From an uncultured Clostridium sp. (GTDB lineage: Bacteria; Bacillota; Clostridia; Oscillospirales; Acutalibacteraceae): DNA of 53,550 nt. How positions within the stretch are numbered: position 1 is the stretch's first letter; the number at the start of each line of letters is the position of its first letter. The position numbers and the translations under genes were made by a program. Under the pieces are notes generated by a model. It searched no databases and was not told the origin of the DNA. It worked only from the letters and a program-made list of their open reading frames with translations. The stretch spans positions 12,320-65,869 of the forward strand of contig CAYLOD010000001.1 of assembly GCA_964385235.1 (NCBI GenBank), in the 5' to 3' direction. This document shows positions 1 to 9,015 of the stretch, piece by piece.

Positions 1-14
1 ACTCTCCGCGGTCC

Positions 15-275
15 TCAAATTATTATTTGCAGCAGCAGCATGGCTGTAACCCCGGAAACGCCTAAAACCGAAGAAACCGCGAGCGAAAGCGGACTTACCG
101 GAATACTTACCTGAGTAAACACTGAAATTATGTTTACAATAATCATACATAAAGGTCCGACAAACAATCCCAAAAACGCCGAACGCACAGGGTGCTTTGA
201 TTTCATAATTTTCTGTATCCCCACAAGCAGAAGGAATATTCCACAGCATATTAACAAAATCACCCAAATAGGCAT
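15..275 (-). CDS. Pro-sigmaK processing inhibitor BofA family membrane protein
   Basis: 86 aa, three hydrophobic segments, IPVSPLSLAVSSVLGVSGV resembles the BofA C-terminal motif; start moved to ATG 275 behind a GGGGGG RBS. Confidence 0.7.
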   Translation of the reverse strand: MPIWVILLICCGIFLLLVGIQKIMKSKHPVRSAFLGLFVGPLCMIIVNIISVFTQVSIPVSPLSLAVSSVLGVSGVTAMLLLQIII

Positions 276-360
276 ATTACCTGTCCCCCCTTTTACATTA
301 CTACTACAAATATACGAGGGAGAACTTTCTTTTATTCGGTAAATCAATAAATTATCCGTC

Positions 361-407
361 AAAACAGTGACCGGACAGCCCTTTCAGACTGCCCGGCCTT
401 TGTTTTT
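361..407. terminator. Possible intrinsic terminator between DUF378 and bofA-like genes
   Basis: Imperfect CCGGACAG/CTGCCCGG stem flanked by A- and T-runs. Confidence 0.4.
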
Positions 408-444
408 CATGGCTGACGCGACAGCCACATTAAATTGCAGGATA

Positions 445-678
445 TTACGCGTTTGAGCTGTGCCTTTGCGGTTCGCCGCTGCTTTCGTTTTCGTTATTTC
501 TGAAGAGCAGCGAAATGCACCAAATAGCGGAAAGAGCGACGAGGGTATAGATGATTCGGCTGACGATGCCTGTCTGACCGCCGCATATCCATGCAACTAA
601 GTCAAATTGAAAAATACCTATCGAACCCCAGTTAAGACCGCCGATTATCAGCAGCAGCAGCGCAATCTTGTCCATCAT
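445..678 (-). CDS. DUF378 family small membrane protein
   Basis: LLIIGGLNWG...FDLVA...SRIIYTLV signature; AAGGAGG RBS. Confidence 0.85.
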   Translation of the reverse strand: MMDKIALLLLIIGGLNWGSIGIFQFDLVAWICGGQTGIVSRIIYTLVALSAIWCISLLFRNNENESSGEPQRHSSNA

Positions 679-749
679 AGATGATTCCTCCTTTTAGCAA
701 AGCATTTTAAAGAATACTATGATTCATATTCCTAATAGTAATATTGCCG

Positions 750-1061
750 TTACGGTTCAAAATATACATTGAAATAAATATTCAAATGCTTTTTTATTTT
801 TTTTATACCGTTTCGGATATGCTTGTATACAGTTGCCTCTTTTATGCAAAGGATATTTGAGATTTCTTTAACATTTTTATTTTTATGAAATCTTAAAGTA
901 ATACAATCCCGCTGTCTTTCCGTCAGCTCATTGCTTATTATTTTACGAATCATATTTTTATATTCATTCAGCCTCGAAATGTTATCATTTTCCTCGTAAT
1001 AATTTTTCAGCGACGCGTACCCTTCGATCCGATCGGTAAGACTTAGTATTTTATGCTTCAT
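750..1061 (-). CDS. Sigma-70 region 4-type HTH protein without region 2
   Basis: LTERQRDCITLRF...VKEISNILCIKEATVYKHIRNG region-4 pattern; AAAGGAGG RBS. Confidence 0.75.
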   Translation of the reverse strand: MKHKILSLTDRIEGYASLKNYYEENDNISRLNEYKNMIRKIISNELTERQRDCITLRFHKNKNVKEISNILCIKEATVYKHIRNGIKKIKKHLNIYFNVYFEP

Positions 1062-1079
1062 TCCGGGTTCCTCCTTTGA

Positions 1080-1301
1080 TTACTGTTCAGCGGCTCTCTG
1101 ACGCTCTGACGCTCTGGCGTACATTACTTTCGCGGTAAAATTACAGTCGATATACATTGATTCGAGGATTTTAATTCTCCTGAGAATCTCCTTCAGTTCC
1201 GTGCCGCGGCAGTATATTTTCCGAGCCTTGAGATCTGTGAGCTTTCGCATAATTTCGTTTGCGCTTGCTTCATATTCCTCAGCCATTTGATTATAGTTCA
1301 T
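1080..1301 (-). CDS. Small helical hypothetical protein (73 aa)
   Basis: ATG 1301 preceded by AAGGAGGA; first gene after the leftward promoter. Confidence 0.65.
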   Translation of the reverse strand: MNYNQMAEEYEASANEIMRKLTDLKARKIYCRGTELKEILRRIKILESMYIDCNFTAKVMYARASERQRAAEQ

Positions 1302-1400
1302 ATTGTCCTCCTTATACACAAAACGTGTTGTTAATGGTTAAATTAAAAGAGAACAAATATGAAGCGATTAAACAGAATATTTGTTCCCTCTATAATTAAA

Positions 1401-1429
1401 ATTATAATACGATATATTTATTATTTCAA
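1401..1429 (-). promoter_or_regulatory. Leftward sigma-A promoter
   Basis: TTGAAA-17 nt-TATAAT on the minus strand. Confidence 0.75.
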
Positions 1430-1509
1430 GACAAATATGAGATATATTTCTCCCTGATACATATATAGTCCAAAAAAATGACCTGTTGTATAAAAAAATA
1501 AAATATACG

Positions 1510-1538
1510 TTGCAAATACACATATTGTGTGATATAAT
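1510..1538 (+). promoter_or_regulatory. Rightward sigma-A promoter of the XRE-ImmA unit with a palindrome in its spacer
   Basis: TTGCAA-17 nt-TATAAT with extended TG; ACAC-N5-GTGT at 1518-1530. Confidence 0.75.
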
Positions 1539-1610
1539 TTTACAAACTGAATCAAAATAAATCATTAACAGCCATCGTTTCCGGTTATACTATATTAGGA
1601 GGCATATGCT

Positions 1611-2027
1611 ATGAGTGCGTTTTCCGAAAGACTCAGATATTGCAGAAAGAGTCACAATTTGACACAGCGGGAGCTTGCACAAAAGCTTGGCGTCGCTTCG
1701 TCCGCAATAGGAATGTATGAGCAGGGCAGGCGCGAGCCCGGCAGCGATATGCTTCTGAAGATCTGTTCTGTTCTCGACACAACCACAGACTACCTTTTGG
1801 GACTTGATAACGGGCGGCCGGAAAAAGCATCAAACGAACAGCGCGATGTGAATGATGTAATAGATGAGTTCACATCGATGCTTGAGGAACAAAGCGGACT
1901 GATGTTTGACGGAGAACCTATCAACGACGCCGACAGGCAAAAAATAGTTGAGGCTATTAAAATAGCCGCTACTGTCGCTATCAACAGCCACAGGAAAACG
2001 GAGGGAAAATATGATGAAAAACATTGA
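1611..2027 (+). CDS. XRE-family HTH repressor (ImmR-like)
   Basis: LTQRELAQKLGVASSAIGMYEQGRREP HTH; TDYLLG; C-terminal GLMFDGEPI; AGGAGG RBS. Confidence 0.9.
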   Translation: MSAFSERLRYCRKSHNLTQRELAQKLGVASSAIGMYEQGRREPGSDMLLKICSVLDTTTDYLLGLDNGRPEKASNEQRDVNDVIDEFTSMLEEQSGLMFDGEPINDADRQKIVEAIKIAATVAINSHRKTEGKYDEKH

Positions 2028-2457
2028 CAAGATCATATTAAGCCTTACTCAACGGTATAATACAGCATCACCGTTTGAGCTTTGCGACTGTCTCGGAATA
2101 ATCGTCATATACGAGGATCTGCCCGACAGTGTCCGCGGATTCTTTGTGAAAATACTCAAGGATTTTGTAATCGTTATCAATATCTCGGCGGACGAGGACG
2201 AAGCCCGTGTCGTCTGCGCGCATGAGCTGGGACATATAATGCTGCACAGTGATACAAACTCCATAAGCCTGAGCAGCAGAACCTGTCTGTGTACCTCAAA
2301 ATACGAGCGAGAGGCAGATTTATTCGCGGTAAATCTCCTGCTTGAGGACAAAATCTCATCAATTACAGGCGTATATGATAATATCAGCGCAGAGGAGCTG
2401 TCATGCATAACTCATATCCCGTTGCGCCTTATCAAACTAAAGTTCTTTCCCGAATAA
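2011..2457 (+). CDS. ImmA/IrrE-family zinc metallopeptidase
   Basis: CAHELGHIMLH (HExxH) and EREADLFA; overlaps the XRE gene end. Confidence 0.9.
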   Translation: MMKNIDKIILSLTQRYNTASPFELCDCLGIIVIYEDLPDSVRGFFVKILKDFVIVINISADEDEARVVCAHELGHIMLHSDTNSISLSSRTCLCTSKYEREADLFAVNLLLEDKISSITGVYDNISAEELSCITHIPLRLIKLKFFPE

Positions 2458-2499
2458 AATAAAAATACTTTATAAATACTTCATATTGGGGGCGGCTTT

Positions 2500-2994
2500 G
2501 TGAAATACTTTATAATACGCGACAAGTCGGATATTGAATCGCGTCTTGCAGTCTTTGACCGCTTTGGCGAAAATATTTTTACTGTTTCGGGCGAAGTATC
2601 GGGGAACAATCATACTCTTTTTATTTCAGACAATAAGGGCGAGGTGCTTGCTTCAATCATATCCTCCCCGTTCGCGTTTCCGCATTTTCGCGTCAGATTC
2701 GGACGAAAGCACATCATATTTATGATGACGCCCAACCGAAAGTCGCCCATGGCGATATATGGCATCAACGCTTCCTTTGACGGGGAGCTTTTAACAGGTG
2801 AATATATGCTGATGGGTTCAAACAAAGAGGTAATAGCTTATCAAAAGCACGGCTGGAGCAAACACGGTGAGTGTCACGAGCTTGAGATACTCGACGAGAG
2901 ATATACTCTGCTTGCTCTGGCAGTATCCGCCGCTATAAGCCTGTATTACGGGATATACGGGAGTGAAAATGTCGCCGGAAATCCCACGGGATAA
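2500..2994 (+). CDS. LURP-one-related/Tubby C-like beta-rich protein
   Basis: Beta-strand pattern (FTVSGE, LFISDNKGEVLASI, HELEILDE) plus hydrophobic C-terminal helix; GTG start after GGGGG. Confidence 0.55.
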   Translation: MKYFIIRDKSDIESRLAVFDRFGENIFTVSGEVSGNNHTLFISDNKGEVLASIISSPFAFPHFRVRFGRKHIIFMMTPNRKSPMAIYGINASFDGELLTGEYMLMGSNKEVIAYQKHGWSKHGECHELEILDERYTLLALAVSAAISLYYGIYGSENVAGNPTG

Positions 2995-3050
2995 AATGTA
3001 TATCAGCTTAAACTTCCTCACAAAATAAATGAAAAACAGGTGAGGAAGCT

Positions 3051-3572
3051 GTGAGCGGGATTTTAATAGTAGTAGATTATCAAACCGAATTTGTCACAGG
3101 CAAATTCGGTTTTTTGCAGGCTCAAAAAATAGAAAAAAATATAGCTGATAAAATTTCGCGTTACCGTAATGACGGCTCCGCGGTAGCATTCACGCTCGAC
3201 ACACACAGTGACAAGAGCTTATACAAATTCAGCAGCAGCGCTTATTCCGCAAAGGAATGTGTCGGGAAAAACCATTCATGGCAGCTTTTCGGCGCTGTAA
3301 ACAGGCTTTGCCGTGAGGGCGATATTTGCTTTATAAAATCCACTTTCGGTTCACGGGAGCTTTTTGATTTTCTGCGTGAAAATGATTTCAAGTCTGTTGA
3401 ACTTGCGGGAGTGTCGGCGGACGTTTGTGTACTCGCCAATGCCGTTATCGCAAGGACAGCCCGCCCGCGCTCGGAAATAATCGTAGATACAAGTTGTACG
3501 GCAAGCCCCGATGAAAGACTTTTTGACAGCGCGGTCACCATAATGAAAGGTATGAAAATAACCGTAATATAA
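3051..3572 (+). CDS. Isochorismatase/nicotinamidase-family cysteine hydrolase
   Basis: VVDYQ, DTH, KSTFGS, GVSADVCV (D-K-C triad). Confidence 0.85.
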   Translation: MSGILIVVDYQTEFVTGKFGFLQAQKIEKNIADKISRYRNDGSAVAFTLDTHSDKSLYKFSSSAYSAKECVGKNHSWQLFGAVNRLCREGDICFIKSTFGSRELFDFLRENDFKSVELAGVSADVCVLANAVIARTARPRSEIIVDTSCTASPDERLFDSAVTIMKGMKITVI

Positions 3573-3628
3573 AGTCATGTATAATTAAAAAGACCTTGCT
3601 CAAAAGGCAAAGTCACAATTTTTTAAAA

Positions 3629-5725
3629 TCAGATTAACTCAAAGTCTACTGTTCCCAGTGCGGCGCTTGCGTCAGTTACCTTTATCTGAACCTTATCGCC
3701 GATAGAATAGCTGATGCCCGAACGCTTGTCGGTCGTTGTCGTCGTGCCGTTATACTCAAAAAAAGCGTTTTCTATTCGTGTCAGGTTTACAAAGCCCTCA
3801 ATCCCGCAGGGAATTGAAACAAATATACCCTTTGCTGTTATACCCTCGACAACGCCATCATATTTTTCACCGATATGCGCCGTCATATATTCGGCCGCGT
3901 AGCATTTTTCTGTATCGCGCTCGGCGTCTGCCGCTCTGACCTCACGTTCGGACGACTGCTTAGAGGATTCCTCCGCAAAGTCCTCGTATTCTGACTTAAT
4001 TTCCTCAATGGGCGTACCGCCGACAAGCTCGGTCAGAATACGGTGTATGGACGTATCGGGATAGCGTCGTATGGGCGACGTAAAGTGGCAGTAATCCTCA
4101 AGTGACAGACCGAAATGACCCAGCGGACGGAAATCGTAGCGCGCCTTTGCCATTGTGCGAAGCACCTGCATTGACATAAGCTTTTCATATCTTGTTCCCT
4201 TTGAAGCGTTAAGCAGCTCCGCGAGATCCCGCTGACTGAGCCCGGGCTTAATCTTATTAACTCTGAAGCCGCACGCCTGCGCCAAATCCGAAAGCGCAGC
4301 GATACGTTCGGCGTCGGGCTTTTCGTGTACTCTGTAAACGAAAGGTATCCCCTTTTCCTTGGCAAGACGTCCCGCCGCCTGATTCGCCATAATCATAAAC
4401 TGCTCTATCATTTCCTCTGACTGTCCTCTTTCCCGGAGAGAAACGTCAATACAAACTCCGGCTTCATTGAGTACAAATTTAAGCTCTGTTGTTTCGATCT
4501 CAAGCTCGCCGCGCTTTTCAGCGCTCTGTTTCAGGACATTAAACAAAGGTACGGCTTCATCAAGCGTTTCCTTGACCGGCGAGTATTTTTCAACAAGGGC
4601 GGCGTCGGCAGTGCCCGCGAGAATCTCATTCACTTCCGAATAGACTCCCCTCACCTTTGAGTTTATTATGCTCTTGCAGAACTCAAAGCCGCAAAGATTC
4701 CCGTCCATGTCAATATTCATAAGAGCCGAGAACGTCAGCTTGTCCGTACCGCTGTTAAGCGAACAGCATCCGTTCGACAACTCCTCGGGCAGCATTGGTA
4801 TAACTCTGTCCGCAAAATAAACGGAGGTACCCCTCTCGAACGCCTCCTTGTCGAGGTCGCTGCCCTGCTTGACAAAATGTGATACATCGGCTATATGCAC
4901 GCCGAGAAGCCAGCCGTTTTCGGAAGCCTTTACGGAAATGGCGTCATCGAGATCCTTGGCATCCGCGCTGTCAATTGTGAGAACAGCCCAATCTCTGAGA
5001 TCTCTGCGCCTTGCGATCTCCTCATCAGTAATAGGCTGTTCTGACAGACGGCGCGCGCTTATCCTCTGTCCCTTGGAAAAGCTGCTCGGTATGCCGTATC
5101 TGTCTATGACCGCGTCGGCGCATATTTTTGCGCTGCCGGCTTTTCCGTAAATATTGAGGACACGGCAGTACAGCTTCCGCTCGTTATAATCATACATAAG
5201 CGCGGCGCGAACCTTATCTCCGTCACGGGCATTCAGGTTTCCGCCCTTAGTTATCGGTATGCTGTAACCGAAGCTGCCGTCGGGCATAACGGAAAGCTTG
5301 CTTTTATATCTTTCCACCATGCCTGTTATTAACCTGTCGCCTTTTTTTACGATTTTGAAAACTTCCGCGGCGGGACCCTTTTCCTCCTCGTGAATATTGT
5401 TCAGAAGAACAACGTCGCCGGGGACGGCGCCTTTCATCTTTTCACATGGTATGAACAGATCCGCTGAGCCGTTCTCGGGTCTCGCGAACGAAAAGTAGCG
5501 TGAACTGCGTAAAATTTTCGCCTTTACATATCCGAGAGCCTCACTCAATACAATGGTTCTGTCTTTTATCAGGATAATATCGCCGTCGCCCTCAAGCTCT
5601 GCTACAGCGAGGTTATAGCCGGTTCTGTCATCTATATTTGTGAGCTTGAAAAGGTCGTCGCGGGAAATCTCTCTGTTTTCCCTCTGCAGCGTGTCAAGAA
5701 CTATATCCTTTGTCTTTGTCTTCAT
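3629..5725 (-). CDS. rnr: Ribonuclease R
   Basis: TIDSADAKDLDDA, VHIADVS, HFTSPIRRYPD, C-terminal S1; start set at ATG 5725 after AAGGAG. Confidence 0.9.
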   Translation of the reverse strand: MKTKTKDIVLDTLQRENREISRDDLFKLTNIDDRTGYNLAVAELEGDGDIILIKDRTIVLSEALGYVKAKILRSSRYFSFARPENGSADLFIPCEKMKGAVPGDVVLLNNIHEEEKGPAAEVFKIVKKGDRLITGMVERYKSKLSVMPDGSFGYSIPITKGGNLNARDGDKVRAALMYDYNERKLYCRVLNIYGKAGSAKICADAVIDRYGIPSSFSKGQRISARRLSEQPITDEEIARRRDLRDWAVLTIDSADAKDLDDAISVKASENGWLLGVHIADVSHFVKQGSDLDKEAFERGTSVYFADRVIPMLPEELSNGCCSLNSGTDKLTFSALMNIDMDGNLCGFEFCKSIINSKVRGVYSEVNEILAGTADAALVEKYSPVKETLDEAVPLFNVLKQSAEKRGELEIETTELKFVLNEAGVCIDVSLRERGQSEEMIEQFMIMANQAAGRLAKEKGIPFVYRVHEKPDAERIAALSDLAQACGFRVNKIKPGLSQRDLAELLNASKGTRYEKLMSMQVLRTMAKARYDFRPLGHFGLSLEDYCHFTSPIRRYPDTSIHRILTELVGGTPIEEIKSEYEDFAEESSKQSSEREVRAADAERDTEKCYAAEYMTAHIGEKYDGVVEGITAKGIFVSIPCGIEGFVNLTRIENAFFEYNGTTTTTDKRSGISYSIGDKVQIKVTDASAALGTVDFELI

Positions 5726-5764
5726 AAATTTCTCCTTGTATTCCATTCCCGGACAGCAAGGGCT

Positions 5765-6631
5765 TTAATCTTTTGTCATAAAGAGCAGACCGAGTGTATT
5801 CGGTCCACAGTGAGAGGATATAGTACAGCCCGCCCGTGAAACAAGTATCTCGTCAAAAACCTTTTTACTCTCAACGTAATTATAAACAAGGCTCAGCCTT
5901 TCTGAAGAAATACCCGAATGAGTGATAAAAGCCCTTTTGGGGTCTATATTATCGTACTGACTGATTTTATCATCTATATACTGAAGAAGAACTTTTTCGA
6001 GCTTGCCTCTGTATTTTTTGCCGACAGTCATAGAGCCGTCCTTATTATTTACCTCAATGCACGGCTTTAAACTGAGCAGGTTCGCACCGAGCATCGTAAC
6101 AGTGGAGCATCTTCCGCCCGCGCGCAGATAGTCAAGCTTGTCAATTATAAAGCTGCCGTGCATACTCGTTGTCATAGTTTTGATTTTTTCGGCTGTTTCC
6201 TCGGCGCTCAGCCCCTGCTTTATCATTTCGGAAGCCTCCAGCACAAGCAGCCCTGTCGCCGTAGAGAGGTTTGAGGAATCAACGGGATAAATATGACCGA
6301 GCTGCTCCGCCGCAATACAGCAGTTCTTGTATGACGCGGAAAGCGCCGAGCCTATATTTATGTGAACAATGTCATATCCCTGCTCGATAAGAGGTCTGAA
6401 TGTGTCAACATATTCCTGAACATTTGCGGCAGAGGTCTTGGGAAGCGTTCCCGTGGTCTTAAAGTTGCTGTAAATCTCGTCGGGAGTTATATTGACCCCG
6501 TCATCATAGCACGTTCTGCCTATGGTAATATGGAGCGGATACGTCGTAACATTAAATCTCTCTTTTTGTTCCCGCGTTAAATCGCAGGTGCTGTCTGCAC
6601 TTAAAAAAACCTTTCTGTTCAAAATAATCAA
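5765..6631 (-). CDS. DegV family fatty-acid-binding protein
   Basis: DSTCDL, PKTSA, LRAGGR, ISSHCGPNTLG. Confidence 0.92.
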   Translation of the reverse strand: MIILNRKVFLSADSTCDLTREQKERFNVTTYPLHITIGRTCYDDGVNITPDEIYSNFKTTGTLPKTSAANVQEYVDTFRPLIEQGYDIVHINIGSALSASYKNCCIAAEQLGHIYPVDSSNLSTATGLLVLEASEMIKQGLSAEETAEKIKTMTTSMHGSFIIDKLDYLRAGGRCSTVTMLGANLLSLKPCIEVNNKDGSMTVGKKYRGKLEKVLLQYIDDKISQYDNIDPKRAFITHSGISSERLSLVYNYVESKKVFDEILVSRAGCTISSHCGPNTLGLLFMTKD

Positions 6632-7635
6632 CCCTTTCTCATAGAATCATTATATTTTTTCTGGCGAATATCGCTGCCTATAAACTCAAGCCTTGTCGTT
6701 TCGCCTATAATGCGTGACACCATTCTCATGGAGTAGAGATCCTGCAGCTGCGAAAGCGAAAGATTCGTACTTATTATTGTCGGCTTTTTTGTCATCATTC
6801 TTGTATTGATTACATTATATATAGCCGCTGTGGTAAACGACGTATTAAACTCTGTCCCGAGGTCGTCAAGGATAAGCAGATCACATTCCTTGAGGAGCTT
6901 TTCCGTTTCATCGTGAACGTCCTCACCTGCCCTGCCGAACTTCTCATTTTCAAGCGTTGAGAGAATATCGGGGGCAGAAACATATATAACGCCGCAGCCC
7001 TTTGCTATAACCGCCTTTGCTATCGCAAGGGAAAGATGAGTTTTCCCAAGCCCCGGACCGCCTTGAAACAAAAGGCTTTCCGAACTGTTTGAAAAATTGA
7101 GGGCGTAATCCTTACAAAACGCGAGTATCTTCTCCATTCTTGAAAACGGGGAGATCTTTTTGACCGCGTCGGGAGTCCTGCTGTAATATTCAAGTGAAAA
7201 GCTGTTAAAATCCGAAAGTGAAAGCGGTGATGAGTTATTAAGCTTATCATAAGCCTTTTGACGGAGAAGCTCTTTCAGACAGGAACACATTTTGCCGTCG
7301 ATATATCCCGTATCGGAGCATTGAGGGCATTGATAATGAACCTCAAGGTAGTCCCGCGGGTATCCGTTTTTCAAGATAATCTCCCGGTACTCCTCTTGCA
7401 GCTTCAGGCTCTGTTCTTTCATTCCTTCAAGCGCGGAACGCAGATCGTTCTTTTCAGAAAAAACCGTCCTCGCCGCCATAACGGCTGTCTGAGCTATTTC
7501 TTGCTCCAACTCAAGCGCACGGGGGAATTTTTTGAAAAAATCCCCGCGAACCGCTTTATTTTCATCTTCAGCGCGATTCCGCCTCATCATAAGCTCCTCA
7601 AACGCCTCATCATAAATGTCCTTAGAATATCCCAC
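6628..7635 (-). CDS. DnaC/DnaI-like helicase-loader ATPase
   Basis: CPQCSDTG...CSC zinc motif, GGPGLGKT, LLILDDLG, IISTNL; follows the DnaD-domain gene. Confidence 0.88.
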   Translation of the reverse strand: MGYSKDIYDEAFEELMMRRNRAEDENKAVRGDFFKKFPRALELEQEIAQTAVMAARTVFSEKNDLRSALEGMKEQSLKLQEEYREIILKNGYPRDYLEVHYQCPQCSDTGYIDGKMCSCLKELLRQKAYDKLNNSSPLSLSDFNSFSLEYYSRTPDAVKKISPFSRMEKILAFCKDYALNFSNSSESLLFQGGPGLGKTHLSLAIAKAVIAKGCGVIYVSAPDILSTLENEKFGRAGEDVHDETEKLLKECDLLILDDLGTEFNTSFTTAAIYNVINTRMMTKKPTIISTNLSLSQLQDLYSMRMVSRIIGETTRLEFIGSDIRQKKYNDSMRKG

Positions 7636-7648
7636 TCATTTCACCGCC

Positions 7649-8662
7649 TCAGTCGTCAAAAATACTTGAATTTTCATATGCCTCAAGATTGTATGTAGGT
7701 CCGTATCCGTCAACGGTCTGCTGTTTTTTGGGCTTCTGCTCGGTATTTGCCTGTTCTATTGTTTCTATACCGCTGTCATGCCAACGCTTCAAAATGGAGT
7801 CAACGTACTTCGGTATGTACTTGCCCTTGGCGTCGACACACCTCTCATATGCCTCACGGATCATATCCGCTGTAAAGTGCCATTCGTTTACCCAGCGTTC
7901 CGCGCGAGTGATCTCATTATCCGTGGGGGAATGCGGCTCCAAGCCGAGTGTCTTTTCCACAACGCGGGCAGCGTTTCTTCCCTGAGTAAGACGGACTATC
8001 TCCCGCTCCGCACGGTCAACTGTCGTTATCTCCTTATCTCCCCACGAGGAAGCAACCTTCTCGATGTATTTCATATTTGTTTTGCCTATATCCTGCAAAT
8101 ACTGCAGCAGCATTATTATTACCTCAACAGGCAGTCCGTCGTATTCGTTAATCATTAAAAGAGTGCATTTATCGCTGTTGCTTGTAATCCTGCCGAGTAT
8201 TCCGTCAGCCTCACGCATCAAAAAAGCTATTGACTCATCACTTGACATACGCTCCGCGAGGTGCTCCAAGTCGGGCTTTTGCGGGCGAGAAAGCAGCCTG
8301 TGTTCCGGCTTCGGGGCGGGCGCGTCTGTAACGGCAGCGGGTGACTCAGCTTCTCTCTCAACATTCACTCCCGCAAATACGGCCGGAGCTGCCGCGTCGG
8401 GAGCGGCCGGAACTATACCGCCGTTATCGACCGCGATTATCCCCGTTTCTATCCAGTACTGCATACTGTCGCGCGCGTCGGCCCTGCTCATAGCCAAGGC
8501 GCGCGCCATATCCTCATCGGTAAAGCCGTCGCCGGCGTGGCGGAGCATCCACAGCAGCGCCTTAAGCTGAGCGGCTCCGGCAAGCTTTATATGATCATCG
8601 ACAACGCTGCACGGAACCGCGAAAACACTGTTCCACGCGCCAAGGTTTATTCTGTATTTCAT
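7649..8662 (-). CDS. DnaD-domain replication protein
   Basis: Two DnaD-like repeats (KYIEKVASSW, KYVDSILKRW). Confidence 0.85.
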   Translation of the reverse strand: MKYRINLGAWNSVFAVPCSVVDDHIKLAGAAQLKALLWMLRHAGDGFTDEDMARALAMSRADARDSMQYWIETGIIAVDNGGIVPAAPDAAAPAVFAGVNVEREAESPAAVTDAPAPKPEHRLLSRPQKPDLEHLAERMSSDESIAFLMREADGILGRITSNSDKCTLLMINEYDGLPVEVIIMLLQYLQDIGKTNMKYIEKVASSWGDKEITTVDRAEREIVRLTQGRNAARVVEKTLGLEPHSPTDNEITRAERWVNEWHFTADMIREAYERCVDAKGKYIPKYVDSILKRWHDSGIETIEQANTEQKPKKQQTVDGYGPTYNLEAYENSSIFDD

Positions 8663-9015
8663 CTTGACAAATTCCTCTTTCAGTCCATTTATTACATTTT
8701 ATACTATTATTAAGCGGCTTGCCCCGTCAAGGCGCGGTTCGTGCCCGGCGGGACGGAACCCGGCAAGAAACATTCTGCCCAAGCTAAAATATAATAGCAA
8801 AGCTGTAAAAGACATAATTTTATATGTTTTTGCTAAATTCGACTTTAAAGCTATTATACTATAATTTTCTACCTGTAAATATTATTTTAAAGAAAAATAC
8901 TAAATGTTCATTCATTTGTCCGATGAATTAAAGCGGCATAGGGTAACGGTGTGCGATTTCCGACCGCAGTCTTATCAAACAAAAAGAGCGATTTGACTTA
9001 AAATGATACAAAAGT

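Noticed and set aside
1368-1565. 65-aa ORF as a Cro-like gene in the switch region
   Set aside because: Spans both promoters, has no RBS or HTH pattern, and has AT-rich spurious composition
6628-7635. IS21 IstB helper ATPase
   Set aside because: No IstA transposase or terminal repeats; the zinc motif and dnaD neighbour fit a helicase loader
750-8662. Prophage or ICE (XRE, ImmA, DnaD and DnaC-like genes)
   Set aside because: No integrase, structural or conjugation genes; dnaD-dnaC is in an operon with degV and rnr and looks chromosomal
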